Positions 19,940 through 31,000 of a stretch of DNA of 64,000 bases are shown piece after piece. The translations under genes were made by a program, and so were the position numbers. Under the pieces are notes generated by a model. That model ran no database searches. It saw nothing but the letters and a program-made list of their open reading frames with translations, and had not been told where the DNA came from. Numbering within the stretch: the first letter of the stretch is position 1; the number at the start of each line of letters is the position of its first letter. The stretch spans positions 2,162 through 66,161 of the forward strand of contig VGOO01000001.1 in NCBI GenBank assembly GCA_016875925.1. The letters run 5' to 3'. The stretch is from Chloroflexota bacterium (GTDB lineage Bacteria; Chloroflexota; Dehalococcoidia; GIF9; UBA5629).

Positions 19940-20616
19940 CCTCTCTCCTTGGCAATAGCTTCAGCCAGCGTCCAATCCTCAGGCGTGGTTATTTTTATGT
20001 TTTGGTAAGAGCCTTCGTACAATTTAACTCTATAGCCCATCTGCTCCACCATGCTAGTGTCATCCGTCACATCTTCTGACACTTTTTCATGGGCCTGAAC
20101 TATTATATCAAAGCGAAAAACCTGAGGAGTTTGAACGGCCCATAGGCGCTGGCGCTCCAAGGTTTGGTTAACCATTAGATTATCAGCAAGCTTTATAGTA
20201 TCTTTGACAGGAACTGCGGCAGCAGCAACACCCGTTTCCTGTACAGCCTTCAAGCCGTTATGAACAAGGTCATGAGTCAAGAAGGGGCGAGCGCCGTCGT
20301 GAATGATGACCACATCACAATTCTTGAGCCATTTCAGCCCTCGCCACACCGAGTCTTGACGCCGCCGGCCTCCGAGACATACCTTTACCACCTTAGACCA
20401 TCCTCTTTTTGCCACTAACTCTTTCCCTAATCTGAGATTGCTGTTGCTCAACACAATGACTATCTGCTCTATCAACTCACAATCCTGGCAAATATCCACC
20501 GACCAGGCAAGCAAAGGCTTGTTGACCAAAGACAGGAATATTTTGTCCTCGCCCATGCGCTGACCGCTACCTGCTCCTACAACAACTGCCCCAACATGTG
20601 AAATAGCTCCGGTCAT
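19930..20616 (-). CDS. ispD: 2-C-methyl-D-erythritol 4-phosphate cytidylyltransferase
   Basis: VVVGAGSGQRMG.DK.FL, VIIHDGARPF and AVPVKDTIK. Overlaps ispF and radA (operon). Confidence 0.93.
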   Translation of the reverse strand: MTGAISHVGAVVVGAGSGQRMGEDKIFLSLVNKPLLAWSVDICQDCELIEQIVIVLSNSNLRLGKELVAKRGWSKVVKVCLGGRRRQDSVWRGLKWLKNCDVVIIHDGARPFLTHDLVHNGLKAVQETGVAAAAVPVKDTIKLADNLMVNQTLERQRLWAVQTPQVFRFDIIVQAHEKVSEDVTDDTSMVEQMGYRVKLYEGSYQNIKITTPEDWTLAEAIAKERGCE

Positions 20617-22037
20617 GCGACTGCATCCGCCTTTCGCGATGGTCTCACCAATCCAAAATGAAGAGCTTCAGCTACCGTGCCTGCTTTGATAACCTCTACA
20701 CCATTCGTTACAGCAAGAAGCTTGGGCGACGTCTTGGGAACTAAACACAACTTAAAACCTAATCTAGCAGCCTCGGCGATTCTCCTCTCCAGGTTGGGCA
20801 CATTCCTCAGTTCACCACTTAGACCTATTTCCCCTATAGCCACAAGCCCTGGCAACACCTGCAAATCCTTGAAGCTGGAAGCTATAGCCAGGGCAATCCC
20901 CAAATCAGCAGCCGGCTCATTGACCTTCAAGCCGCCAACAACGTTAGTGATAATATCCTGATTGGAAAGATTAACACCAGCACGTCGAGTGAGCACAGCA
21001 GCTACAAGAAGCAAACGGGAAAAGTCCACACCGGTAGCAATGCGCCGCGGTGGCCCAAAGGTAGCCAAGCTAGTCAACGCCTGTAACTCCACCAGCAAAG
21101 GTCGGCTACCCTCAAGCGTGGACACCACTACCGAGCCGATAGCGCCATTAGCATGTGAAGCCAGAAAAACCTCGGAAGGATTGGGTACCTCCGCCAGGCC
21201 TTTGCCACCCATCTCAAAGACACCAACCTCGTTAGTAGAGCCAAAGCGATTTTTAACACTGCGCAATATGCGATAATTGCTAAAAGCCTCGCCCTCAAGG
21301 TAAAGCACAACATCGACTATGTGTTCCAAGACTTTGGGACCGGCAATAGCACCCTCCTTGGTCACATGGCCTGTAATAAACACAGGGACACTGGACTGCT
21401 TAGCCCAGCGCATCAGCCGCAAGGTGCATTCGCGTACCTGTCCGATACTTCCCGGAGCACTACTTAACTCTTCAAGGTGAACTGTCTGTATGGAATCAAC
21501 GACTACCAAATCCGGGGCCATCTCACCCAGCCGCCCCAAGATAATATCAATGTCAGTTTCGGGAAGGACATAAAGCCTTTGCCCCAGTATGCTGAGGCGT
21601 TCAGACCTGAGCTTAAGTTGCTGAGACGACTCCTCACCTGATATGTATACTACCTTGTCTCCGCTGTCAGCCACGGCAGCAGAGACCTGAAGCAATAAGG
21701 TAGACTTGCCAATACCAGGGTCGCCACCGATGAGAGCCACCGAGCCTAGCACCGAGCCTCCACCCAACACCCTGTTAATCTCAGACATAGGAAAAACAAG
21801 CCGTGGTGACCTCTCAACCTTTAGGCCAGAAAGCTCCTTCGGAGCATTGTCCTCTGTACTCAACCAGGCTGTGGATTCTCGGGCAGTAACAGTGACAACC
21901 GTTTCAACCAGGCTATTCCACTCCTGGCAGGCAGGACAGCGACCCAGCCACTTAGGGCTCTCTTTGCCACATTGCTGGCAGATAAAAGCAGATTTAGTCT
22001 TGGGCTTGGTCAAGACGCCAACCTCCAAACACCACAA
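20613..22037 (-). CDS. radA: DNA repair protein RadA/Sms
   Basis: N-terminal zinc ribbon CQQCG...CPAC, Walker A GGDPGIGKSTLLLQ, the KNRFG motif and a Lon-like C-terminal domain. The exact start is uncertain; a TTG near 22013 is possible. Confidence 0.95.
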   Translation of the reverse strand: MWCLEVGVLTKPKTKSAFICQQCGKESPKWLGRCPACQEWNSLVETVVTVTARESTAWLSTEDNAPKELSGLKVERSPRLVFPMSEINRVLGGGSVLGSVALIGGDPGIGKSTLLLQVSAAVADSGDKVVYISGEESSQQLKLRSERLSILGQRLYVLPETDIDIILGRLGEMAPDLVVVDSIQTVHLEELSSAPGSIGQVRECTLRLMRWAKQSSVPVFITGHVTKEGAIAGPKVLEHIVDVVLYLEGEAFSNYRILRSVKNRFGSTNEVGVFEMGGKGLAEVPNPSEVFLASHANGAIGSVVVSTLEGSRPLLVELQALTSLATFGPPRRIATGVDFSRLLLVAAVLTRRAGVNLSNQDIITNVVGGLKVNEPAADLGIALAIASSFKDLQVLPGLVAIGEIGLSGELRNVPNLERRIAEAARLGFKLCLVPKTSPKLLAVTNGVEVIKAGTVAEALHFGLVRPSRKADAVA

Positions 22038-22087
22038 TTATACAGATAAAACCAGATTATGCCATCACTCGATTTATTACCCTGAGT

Positions 22088-22122
22088 AGAAAGGCGGGAT
22101 TACGCAGAGGCGTAATCCCGCC
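22088..22122 (-). terminator. Rho-independent terminator downstream of clpC
   Basis: Minus strand: GGCGGGATTACGC-ctct-GCGTAATCCCGCC, a 13-bp perfect stem, followed by TTTCTAC. Confidence 0.7.
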
Positions 22123-22176
22123 ATAGCTCTAAATCTCTCTCGTCCTAGCTCAGAAGATAAACCACGACCACAACCA

Positions 22177-24693
22177 CTACGATACCTTGTCTTCGGGTAT
22201 GCCAGAACCACCATCGCCAGATGAACTAGCATCCCCACCACTTAGAACCCCAGCTGCACCCCGGATCACAATTTTCTCGCCGTCATAGTCCAGCTTCAAA
22301 GTTTCTCCAGAACGAAACTCGCCTCTAAGCAATGCCTCAGAAAGCCTGTCCTCGACCTCGGTCTGAATCACACGGCGCAGTGGCCTAGCACCAAAGGTCG
22401 GATCATAACCCTTTTCACCCAAGAAGTCACGCGCGGCGTCGGTAACCTCCAGTTTGATATTCTTCTCAGCCAATGACTTGGTGACCACACCTAACATCAA
22501 ATCAACGATCAGGCGAATTTGATCCTTGCTAAGAGAATGGAAAACAACCACGCTAGTAATGCGGTTCAAGAACTCCGGACGAAACGTCTTCTTCAGCTCT
22601 CCGAGCACCTTTTCTTTCATCTTCTCATATTCAACCTGCCGATTCTTAGCCTCGTCGGTGCGAGTAGCAAAGCCCAGCGTCATGTCGCGCTTTATCAGCT
22701 CAGCACCGATATTGCTGGTCATCACGACGATGCTGTTGCGGAAATCCACTCTCCGCCCTTTGGCATCCGTGAGATGGCCATCATCAAATATCTGTAGGAG
22801 TATGTTGAACACATCAGGATGTGCCTTCTCAATTTCATCAAGCAGTATAACGCAATAAGGATTACGCCTTACTGCCTCAGTAAGCTGCCCACCTTCGTCG
22901 TAGCCCACGTAGCCCGGGGGAGCGCCAACCAAGCGTGCTACAGCATGGCGTTCCATAAACTCAGACATATCAAGTCGAATCATAGTGTCTTCGCTGCCAA
23001 ACATGAACTCAGCTAGCGCCCTGACCAACTCGGTCTTGCCAACACCTGTAGGCCCGAGGAAAATGAAACTACCTATTGGATGGCGCGGTTCTTTCAGGCC
23101 AGCACGGGCACGTCTCACGGCCTTTGCTACTGTAGTTATGGCCTCATCCTGGCCGATTATACGCTTATGCAACGCGTCTTCCATCTCCAACAAACGACTA
23201 GACTCGTCGGTGGTCAGGCGAACCACAGGGATACCCGTCCACATGCTAACCACTTCAGATATGTCCTCTTCAGTAACAATCGGCTTTGCTTGTTCCTGTT
23301 CAGCCTGCCACTTTTGTTCCATGCTGTTAATGCCGTTCATCAATTGGAGCTCGCGGTCGCGCAACTCGGCTGCATACTCATATTGCTTGGCAGCAATCGC
23401 AGCCTCCTTATCTTTGCGCACCACCTCCAGCGCTCGTCTCGCCTCTGTCAAACTAATCGGAGGTGCACCACGCTTGATACGTACCCGAGAAGCTGCCTCA
23501 TCCATTAGGTCGATGGCCTTGTCCGGCAAGAATCTATCAGGTATATACCTAGCCGCAAGCGTTGCCGCTGCTTGCAAAGCCTCGTCACTAATAGTCAACT
23601 TGTGATGTTCTTCATAGCGCTCTTTAATGCCTCTCAAGATATCGATTGTTTGCTCAGTAGTCGGCTCGACCACCGTCACTGGTTGGAAACGTCGCTCCAG
23701 TGCTGCATCCTTCTCAATATACTTGCGGTAGTCATCCAGTGTAGTAGCGCCAATGCATTGAATCTCGCCGCGGGACAACGAAGGTTTAAGAATATTTGAG
23801 GCATCGACAGCACCCTCCGCCGCACCAGCACCAACAATGGTATGTAGCTCATCCACAAAAACCACACAGTTACCAGCGCTTTTTATCTCATCGATTACCT
23901 TCTTGAGTCTCTCTTCAAACTCACCACGATATTTGGTCCCAGCCACTAGGGAGCCAATATCCAAGGTAACCAACCGCTTACCCAGTAATGTCTCGGGGAC
24001 GTCACCGGCTATAATCCGATGTGCTAAGCCCTCAACAACAGCCGTCTTACCCACACCCGGCTCACCTATTAGAGCCGGATTGTTTTTAGTACGCCTGCTA
24101 AGTATCTGGACAACACGTTCTATTTCCTTATTACGATTAACAATAGGGTCGAGCTTACCTGCCCGGGCAAGACTGGTCAAATCCACTCCTAATTGATCTA
24201 AAACCGGTGTTCGCGCAGTTCCCTTAACAGCAGAACGCGCCTGGCTGGCGTTCTGGCTGAGTAGACTATTTATCTCAGCTTGCACCCGTTCCAAGGTAAT
24301 ACCAAAGCTCTCCAGGACACTGGCAGCACCACCCTCCCGCTCTCGCAATAAGCCCAACAAAAGATGCTCGGTACCAATATAGCTGTGATTCAAACGGCGT
24401 GCCTCATCCACCGCCAACTCGATAACCCTCTTTGCCCTGGGTGTAAGCCCCACCTCGCCAATAGTTGACCGCTCACCACGTCCAACTACAAATTCCACAC
24501 CAGCACGTATCTTGGGAGGAGCCACACCTAGGTTAACTACGACCTTCGAAGCCACCCCTTCATCATCAGCCAACAAGCCCAGAAGAATATGCTCAGTATC
24601 AATGTAATTATGCCCAAATCGTTGGGCTTCTTCCTGGGCCCGAGTTAAGGCACGGCGAGCCCGTTCTGAGAATTTCTCGAATCGACTAGTCAT
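22177..24693 (-). CDS. clpC: ATP-dependent Clp protease ATP-binding subunit ClpC
   Basis: 838 aa. Duplicated Clp_N repeats, two AAA modules (GEPGVGKTAVVEGLA and GPTGVGKTELVRALA) and a middle coiled-coil region. Confidence 0.95.
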   Translation of the reverse strand: MTSRFEKFSERARRALTRAQEEAQRFGHNYIDTEHILLGLLADDEGVASKVVVNLGVAPPKIRAGVEFVVGRGERSTIGEVGLTPRAKRVIELAVDEARRLNHSYIGTEHLLLGLLREREGGAASVLESFGITLERVQAEINSLLSQNASQARSAVKGTARTPVLDQLGVDLTSLARAGKLDPIVNRNKEIERVVQILSRRTKNNPALIGEPGVGKTAVVEGLAHRIIAGDVPETLLGKRLVTLDIGSLVAGTKYRGEFEERLKKVIDEIKSAGNCVVFVDELHTIVGAGAAEGAVDASNILKPSLSRGEIQCIGATTLDDYRKYIEKDAALERRFQPVTVVEPTTEQTIDILRGIKERYEEHHKLTISDEALQAAATLAARYIPDRFLPDKAIDLMDEAASRVRIKRGAPPISLTEARRALEVVRKDKEAAIAAKQYEYAAELRDRELQLMNGINSMEQKWQAEQEQAKPIVTEEDISEVVSMWTGIPVVRLTTDESSRLLEMEDALHKRIIGQDEAITTVAKAVRRARAGLKEPRHPIGSFIFLGPTGVGKTELVRALAEFMFGSEDTMIRLDMSEFMERHAVARLVGAPPGYVGYDEGGQLTEAVRRNPYCVILLDEIEKAHPDVFNILLQIFDDGHLTDAKGRRVDFRNSIVVMTSNIGAELIKRDMTLGFATRTDEAKNRQVEYEKMKEKVLGELKKTFRPEFLNRITSVVVFHSLSKDQIRLIVDLMLGVVTKSLAEKNIKLEVTDAARDFLGEKGYDPTFGARPLRRVIQTEVEDRLSEALLRGEFRSGETLKLDYDGEKIVIRGAAGVLSGGDASSSGDGGSGIPEDKVS

Positions 24694-24750
24694 TGCTCTG
24701 CCTTAAATCCTATGTGTTATTCCTCACCAAAACATGCCTGACTTACCCCA

Positions 24751-24779
24751 ATTATAAGACGTGCAAATTGCCAAGTCAA
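24751..24779 (-). promoter_or_regulatory. Sigma-70-type promoter of clpC
   Basis: Minus strand reads TTGACT-N17-TATAAT, about 57 nt upstream of the clpC ATG. Confidence 0.6.
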
Positions 24780-24847
24780 AGAAATCAGAGAGCCTAGCAG
24801 GCCGATTTACAGGATGGCGAAATAGACGCTCAGGGTAAAGAAAAAAT

Positions 24848-24967
24848 CCCCCGGCGGTGGCATATTTTCCCAGAGAGCTGCCTCCCCAGTATCGTCTGCG
24901 CTGAGGCATTTCACTTCCGTGTTCGGGATGGGAACGGGTGGTACTACCTCGCTCTAACCACCAGAGG
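24848..24967 (-). rRNA. rrf: 5S ribosomal RNA, stand-alone copy
   Basis: Minus strand reads CCUCUGGUGGUUAGAGCGAGGUAGUACCACCCGUUCCCAUCCCGAACACGGAAGUGAAAUGCCUCAGCGCAGACGAUACUGGGG...CCACCGCCGGGGG. The universal CCGAAC...GAAGUGAAA loop-C/helix-III core is present and the 5' and 3' ends pair (helix I). A T-run follows the 3' end. Confidence 0.92.
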
Positions 24968-24993
24968 ATTCTTACTATTGCGAAATCGGTGAA

Positions 24994-25023
24994 AGTATAC
25001 CCCGGCACATCACCCTCTGTCAA
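24994..25023 (-). promoter_or_regulatory. Sigma-70-type promoter directly upstream of the 5S rRNA gene
   Basis: Minus strand reads TTGACA-N18-TATACT, ending about 26 nt before the mature 5S 5' end. Confidence 0.55.
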
Positions 25024-25127
25024 ATATCGAATGGGAGAAGAGATGCCACCTTAGAGGCTTGACGACCAACATAGCACGTGCTACGCTTGCATCATACTAG
25101 CAATAACTACACCTGCAGGAGACGCTA

Positions 25128-25463
25128 ATGAATCACGAACGTGAACTTCTCAAAGGTAGCACGGACTTATTGTTGCTCCGTCTTATCAGCTTCCAGTCCA
25201 TGTACGGCTACCAGATAATCAAAGAACTGGGGAGGAGAAGCAACGGCTACTTTCGTTTCAAAGAAGGTACACTTTATCCAGCCCTGCATAGACTGGAAAG
25301 AAACGGACTTATCGAAGGCAAATGGATAAAATTGCCCGGCGGTTTAGAAAGACGCTATTACTTCATAACCCAAAAAGGGAATAAGGTGATGGCCGAGAGA
25401 TTATCGGTTTGGCAGAACTTCTCCACAGCAGTTGACCTAATCATGCAACCATCTTCCGGATAG
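25128..25463 (+). CDS. PadR-family transcriptional regulator
   Basis: LLLLRLIS...MYGYQIIKEL......F.FKEGTLYPALHRLERNGLIE is a canonical PadR winged helix. Confidence 0.9.
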   Translation: MNHERELLKGSTDLLLLRLISFQSMYGYQIIKELGRRSNGYFRFKEGTLYPALHRLERNGLIEGKWIKLPGGLERRYYFITQKGNKVMAERLSVWQNFSTAVDLIMQPSSG

Positions 25464-25470
25464 CACAGCA

Positions 25471-26379
25471 ATGTCATTTAAATCCGACTACTTGAATAAG
25501 CTGAAGGAATCGTTGAGAGTCGACCCAGCGATCAAGCGTGATATTGTGCGTGAATATCATGCCCATCTTGAAGACAGATACCAAGATCTCAGGGAATCAG
25601 GCCTGTCCGAGGAAGAAGCAGACAAAGCTGCCGCCAAACTCCTAGGGTCTCCACGGTTTATCGCTAAGCAGATCGGCGAAGTCTACTCACAGGGAACATG
25701 GCAACAAGCCATCTTTGCTGCTCTGCCACATCTGCTTGTTGCCTTGCTTTTTGCCCTACATTGGTGGAAAAACACAGCTTGGGTACCGGCAGTCATACTC
25801 GTAGTCATCGGCATAGTCATTTATGGTTGGAGCCACGGCAAGCCAACATGGCTATTCCCCTGGCTAGGCTACTGCTTAACTCCAGTAATAGCCATCGGCA
25901 CTCTGTTAATATATCTACCCGGCAGTTGGGCATGGCTAGCAGCCATCGCCTACATACCGCTAACCATGACCATCATCCTATCAATCACCAAACAGACAAT
26001 CAAAATAGATTGGTTGTTCGCCTCTCTGATGCTACTGCCTGTGCCCATAGTGTTAGGCTGGAGACTGGCACTGGGGATCGAGGATATAACCCAATGGCAA
26101 GCTCGACTCTACGAAGCTGGACAATTGATTGCGCTAACCTTCGCCACCCTGGCGCTAACCGCAGCCAGCTTTATCCGACTAAGACAGCGCTGGGCAAAAG
26201 CTGGAGCATTAGTCGCTCCGGAGATCCTTCTGCTGATTATAGTAGCCTTGGCAGACAAGAACGCGACCAGCTTTTGGATCTGGCTTTTCATCATCCTACT
26301 GGCTGTAGTGCTTCTTCTCGGTCCCGCCACCTTGGAAAAGAAAATCAGACAAGGGCATACTAAACCTGCCAAGTTTTGA
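25471..26379 (+). CDS. PadR-associated membrane protein (DUF1700/HAAS-like N-terminal helix, about 6 TM segments)
   Basis: The N-terminus (YLNKLKESL...REYHAHLEDRYQDLRESGLSEEEA...LGSPRFIA) is typical of the sensor partner encoded after padR genes. A long hydrophobic region follows. Confidence 0.65.
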   Translation: MSFKSDYLNKLKESLRVDPAIKRDIVREYHAHLEDRYQDLRESGLSEEEADKAAAKLLGSPRFIAKQIGEVYSQGTWQQAIFAALPHLLVALLFALHWWKNTAWVPAVILVVIGIVIYGWSHGKPTWLFPWLGYCLTPVIAIGTLLIYLPGSWAWLAAIAYIPLTMTIILSITKQTIKIDWLFASLMLLPVPIVLGWRLALGIEDITQWQARLYEAGQLIALTFATLALTAASFIRLRQRWAKAGALVAPEILLLIIVALADKNATSFWIWLFIILLAVVLLLGPATLEKKIRQGHTKPAKF

Positions 26380-26430
26380 TTTCGGCCTCTTAACGCCTGG
26401 CAATAAGCCAATTCAAACAACCAATAAATA

Positions 26431-26874
26431 TTATTGCTGAGACCAAAGGCCTCTTCGCGTCTGGCGGGCTTCCTTCTCTACCGCCTCCAAATATGCCTGA
26501 TACTTGACATCAGGCAAATAAGCCTTGGCGTCAGCAAGACCGGCTCTCACCAGCTCCGCGTTGACAAAGATACCATCCAAGTACACATAGCGGAGCAGTC
26601 GGCCATGACTGTCCTTATCAGAAATATCCTTTTCCAGTCTGACTCTTTTCCCTCTTACAAGTTCTTCGTTAGCTTTTTGAGCCTGGAGATAGAGTGCTTC
26701 GTTTTTCTCTGGGGCATCGATACCTATATAACGCACCACCAACCCACCCTCAACAATAATAGTGTCCCCATCGACTACACCCACCACCCTTAACTGGTCG
26801 TTGGCAATACGACAAGCAGCGAGAATAGCTAAAAAGAGAACAGTGGTGACAAGTCTAAGCGCCACGACTACCAC
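26431..26874 (-). CDS. Thermonuclease (staphylococcal nuclease, SNase) family lipoprotein
   Basis: Lipobox [13 protein letters not shown]...RYIGIDAPE...G.....D..GRLL.YVY..G..VN.ELV..GLA are SNase motifs. Overlaps the ruvB stop by 7 nt. Confidence 0.85.
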   Translation of the reverse strand: MVVVALRLVTTVLFLAILAACRIANDQLRVVGVVDGDTIIVEGGLVVRYIGIDAPEKNEALYLQAQKANEELVRGKRVRLEKDISDKDSHGRLLRYVYLDGIFVNAELVRAGLADAKAYLPDVKYQAYLEAVEKEARQTRRGLWSQQ

Positions 26875-27908
26875 AAGCTCGCTTGAGCTGACTTACCCTT
26901 CCTATAAGGTATCCCCAGGTGCTCACAAGCAAGCCTAGTAGCCGCTCTGCCCCGAGGGGTACGCTCCAAAAATCCCAGTTGGAGAAGATAAGGCTCATAA
27001 ACATCCATTATGGTATCCGCTTCCTCGCTGATAGAAGCAGCAATGGTCTCAAGACCAACCGGCCCACAATCAAATTTCTCAATTATGGTACGCAATACCT
27101 TGTGATCCACCTCATCTAAGCCAATACCATCTACCTCCAATTTGGAAAGCGCCTCCATTGCCACCGGCTCAGTTATTTTCCCATCAGCCACTACTTGCGC
27201 ATAATCACGCACACGTTTCAACAATCGATTCGCAACACGTGGCGTACCACGAGCTCGGCAGGCTATCTGACTTATCCCGCCATCGTCTACTTCCACTCCC
27301 AGAATACCAGCCGAGCGTTTTAAAATAGCTTTTATCGCCTGTCCGTCATAGAAGTCAAGACGATAAACAGCACCAAAACGATCTCTCAGTGGTGAACTCA
27401 TCAATGCGTAGCGAGTCGTAGCCCCGATCAATGTGAATCGAGGTAAATTTAGGCGGAGACTCCTAGCACCTGGGCCCTTACCCAGTATTAGGTCTATGGC
27501 ATAATCCTCCATCGCTGGATACAGAATTTCTTCTACTACTCGGCTCAAGCGATGGATTTCATCGATAAAGAAAACGTCATCCTTTTGCAGACCGGTGAGA
27601 ATAGCAGCAAGGTCACCAGGACGTTCTATCGCCGGACCTGAACTGATTTTTATGTTGACCCCCATCTCAACAGCAATAACATAGGCCAACGTCGTCTTCC
27701 CCAGGCCAGGAGGCCCGTAAAGAAGAACATGATCCAAAACCTCACCCCGTTTTTGAGCAGCAGCGATGGCTATTTTCAGGTTATCTTTGACCTTGTCCTG
27801 ACCAATGAAATCAGCGAGATGCCTAGGGCGCAAGCTAGTATCCAAGGAGACATCGTCCGTGCCTGATTTGGCTGATACCAACCTTGACATTGACTTTTTC
27901 TCTTGCAT
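26868..27908 (-). CDS. ruvB: Holliday junction branch migration helicase RuvB
   Basis: [28 protein letters not shown] and a C-terminal winged helix. Confidence 0.96.
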   Translation of the reverse strand: MQEKKSMSRLVSAKSGTDDVSLDTSLRPRHLADFIGQDKVKDNLKIAIAAAQKRGEVLDHVLLYGPPGLGKTTLAYVIAVEMGVNIKISSGPAIERPGDLAAILTGLQKDDVFFIDEIHRLSRVVEEILYPAMEDYAIDLILGKGPGARSLRLNLPRFTLIGATTRYALMSSPLRDRFGAVYRLDFYDGQAIKAILKRSAGILGVEVDDGGISQIACRARGTPRVANRLLKRVRDYAQVVADGKITEPVAMEALSKLEVDGIGLDEVDHKVLRTIIEKFDCGPVGLETIAASISEEADTIMDVYEPYLLQLGFLERTPRGRAATRLACEHLGIPYRKGKSAQASLW

Positions 27909-27981
27909 GCTAGCAAATTACCATTCCTTGCGAAATTATAACATACAAACTGTGTTTGCCGAATCTAGGCTTTTCGACTCC

Positions 27982-28020
27982 AAAAACAAAGAAGCCCCCT
28001 CAATTGGCGAAGCTTCTTTG
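27982..28020 (-). terminator. Rho-independent terminator downstream of rpoC
   Basis: Minus strand: CAAAGAAGC-loop-GCTTCTTTG (9-bp stem) followed by TTTTT. Confidence 0.6.
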
Positions 28021-28091
28021 CTCTAAACCTATAAGGAAACAAGCCCTAGTATCGCACGAGAGCTGATATGGGGAAAAATCCTAAAAAATGC

Positions 28092-31000
28092 TTACGCTTC
28101 TGGGGACAGAGGTTGCCCACCAGTCTCATTTCGGTCTGCTATCTCCGGCTCTGCCATTTCGACTGCCGGCAGAGCTTTCTCGGCTTGCTCGGCTAGCAAA
28201 AGACCCTGAGCGGGTTCTTCATCCAAAGACAATGGCCTTGATGGTATAAGCCTTCCAATGATAACGTTCTCTTTCAAACCGACTAGTCTGTCCGTCTTAC
28301 CCCAAATAGCCGCCTCAGTAAGAACCCTAGTAGTTTCCTGGAAAGACGCTGCGGCTAACCAGCTGTTTGTATTCAGCGAAGCCCTAGTAATACCTAGCAG
28401 CACGGTTTGGGCGGTCGCTGGCTCACCGCCTTCAGCCAGAACCTTAGCATTTATTCCTTCGTAGTCAAACCTGTCAATGAGGTCGCCGGCCAATAGCTCG
28501 GTGTCACCGGGTGATTCCACACGCACCCGCCTTAACATCTGGCGGATTATGATCTCAATATGCTTGTCATTAATGTTCACACCCTGTGAACGGTACACAT
28601 TCTGCACCTCTTCAACTAAATATCGCTGAACTGCCTCCCTCCCCATAATCCGCAGGATGTCTTGAGGGTCAGCCACACCCTCTATAAGCTGTGTACCGGC
28701 TTTCACCTCATCCCCTGATTTCACCCGTATGTGACTCCCCGGCGGCACTGTATATTCTCTCTCCTCTCTTTCTTCGTAGCCAATGTAGACACGATCCTTT
28801 TCGATAGCCACCACGCCGGATACTCTCGCAATACATGGCTGATCTTCTGGCTTGATAGGATGCTTACCCTTAGACAGTTCTCCTGAGGATGGCACATGGG
28901 CTAGCATTGTTCCGGCCTCCACTCTGTCGCCATTATTGATGACTACATCAGCTCCTGGCGGTAACACATACTCATCACGGTAAAACTCGGAGCTGGTTAT
29001 CTTAACCTTGCGCGCTTCCTCCATGTCAGAAATCTCAACAACGCCGTCGATCTCAGAGAGAATCGCCACACCTTTCGGTACTCGAGCCTCAAAAAGCTCC
29101 TCAACACGCGGCAAACCACTAGTGATATCAGCCTCCACCACACCTCCAGTATGGAATGTACGTAATGTAAGCTGTGTTCCAGGCTCACCGATACTCTGGG
29201 CGGCTATAATGCCCACAGCGGTGCCAATTTCAACTAGCCCCCCTCTAGCCAAGTCACGTCCATAACAATATTGGCAAATACCCTGACGTGAATGACAACC
29301 TAACGGCGACCTGACATGTACATTGGCAATACCAGCATCTACTATTAACTTTGACCTTTCCTCATCAATCTCCTCATTTCGCCGCACGATAATCTCGCCG
29401 GTCTGTGGGTCGACAACATCACTTGCAGCCAGACGGCCAATCAAGCGATCCGCCAATGGCGCCAACAGGCCTCTAGCCCTCTTCCTATCCGCCAAGAATA
29501 TGCCATCGTCGCTCCCGCAGTCCTCCTCCGATATAATCACATCTTGAGCCACATCGATAAGCCGACGCGTGAGATAGCCAGCATTGGAAGTCCTCAGTGC
29601 TGTATCAGCCAGACCTTTCCGAGCACCGTGAGTAGACATGAAATACTCCATCACAGAAAGTCCTTCACGGAAACTTGCCTTAATAGGGAAATCGATTATC
29701 CTGCCGGCAGGATCGGTCATTAGCCCTCGCATACCAGCCATCTGCCTGATCTGCGAGATGTTACCCTTCGCCCCGGAGGTAGCCATCATATATACGCCAC
29801 CATATCGGTCTAACGATTGAGAGATAGTCTCCGTAATCTTGTCCGTGACCTCAGTCCAAACTTCAATGGTTTTACTATATCGCTCATCATCGGTGATCAA
29901 TCCGCGATTGAACTGGCTTTCGATAACCGCCACCCGCTCGTCACCCTCTTCAAGAAGCTTTGCCTTGCTTTTGGGCACTTCAACATCACTTGCAGCAATA
30001 GTAGTGCCAGATTTAGTGGCATACTCGAAACCGAGCTTCTTAAGATTATCAAGCACATTAGCAGTAGCCTCATAGCCAAGCAGACGATAACAATCTGCTA
30101 CCAAACGCTTCAATGCGCCCTTATCCATTACCCGGTTCCTAAATCGAAATTCCAGCGGCAAGACCTCATTGAATATAATACGACCGGCACTGGTCTTTAA
30201 TACTTCGCCATTACCATTACTTCCACCTACTTCTATTTCAGCATCAAGGGAAATAAGACCCAGCTCGTAAGCAAGTCTAGCATCTTCAAAGCCCTTGAAC
30301 TTCTTTCCCTCGCCTTTGGCACCCTTCTTAATGTTGGTAAGGTAATAACACCCAAGTACCATATCCAACGTAGGCGTCATTACAGGCTCGCCACAGCTCG
30401 GCAATAGCATATTCTTGAGACTAAGCATTTGCTCTCTGGCCTCTCTGACCGCTGCTCTGGAAAGCGGCACATGAACGGCCATCTGATCGCCATCAAAGTC
30501 AGCATTGAAAGCAGCACAGACAAGCGGATGAATCTGAATCGCACTTCCGTCAATCAGCACAGGCTCAAAGGCCTGGACACTCAGGCGATGCAACGTCGGA
30601 GCTCGATTTAACAATACTGGCCGCTCTTTTACCACCTCAGCTAAGATATCCCAAACCTCGGGGCGAGCTTTTTCCACTTGCCTGCGAGCGCTTTTGATAT
30701 TGTGGGCATAACCCTGTTCGATAAGTTGGCGCATAACAAATGGCTTAAACAATTCAAGAGCCATGTGCTTGGGCAATCCGCACTGGTGCAGTTGCAACTC
30801 AGGGCCCACCACTATGACTGAGCGCCCGCTGTAATCTACGCGCTTACCCAACAAATTCTGGCGGAACCGACCCTGCTTGCCTCGCAACATATCGGAGAGC
30901 GATTTGAGCCGGCGTGTGGTCCCCACAGTAGGAACCCTACCACGCCGCCCATTATCTACAAGGGCATCGACAGCTTCCTGAAGCATGCGCTTCTCGTTAC

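Noticed and set aside
24724-25023. 99-aa minus-strand ORF between clpC and padR.
   Set aside because: It is the translation of the 5S rRNA gene and its promoter region. The RNA assignment explains the sequence fully.
25698-26363. 221-aa + strand ORF in a second frame of the PadR-associated membrane protein gene.
   Set aside because: Its composition (Ser/Arg/His-rich) is not protein-like. The frame starting at 25471 gives a coherent N-terminal sensor helix plus TM segments.
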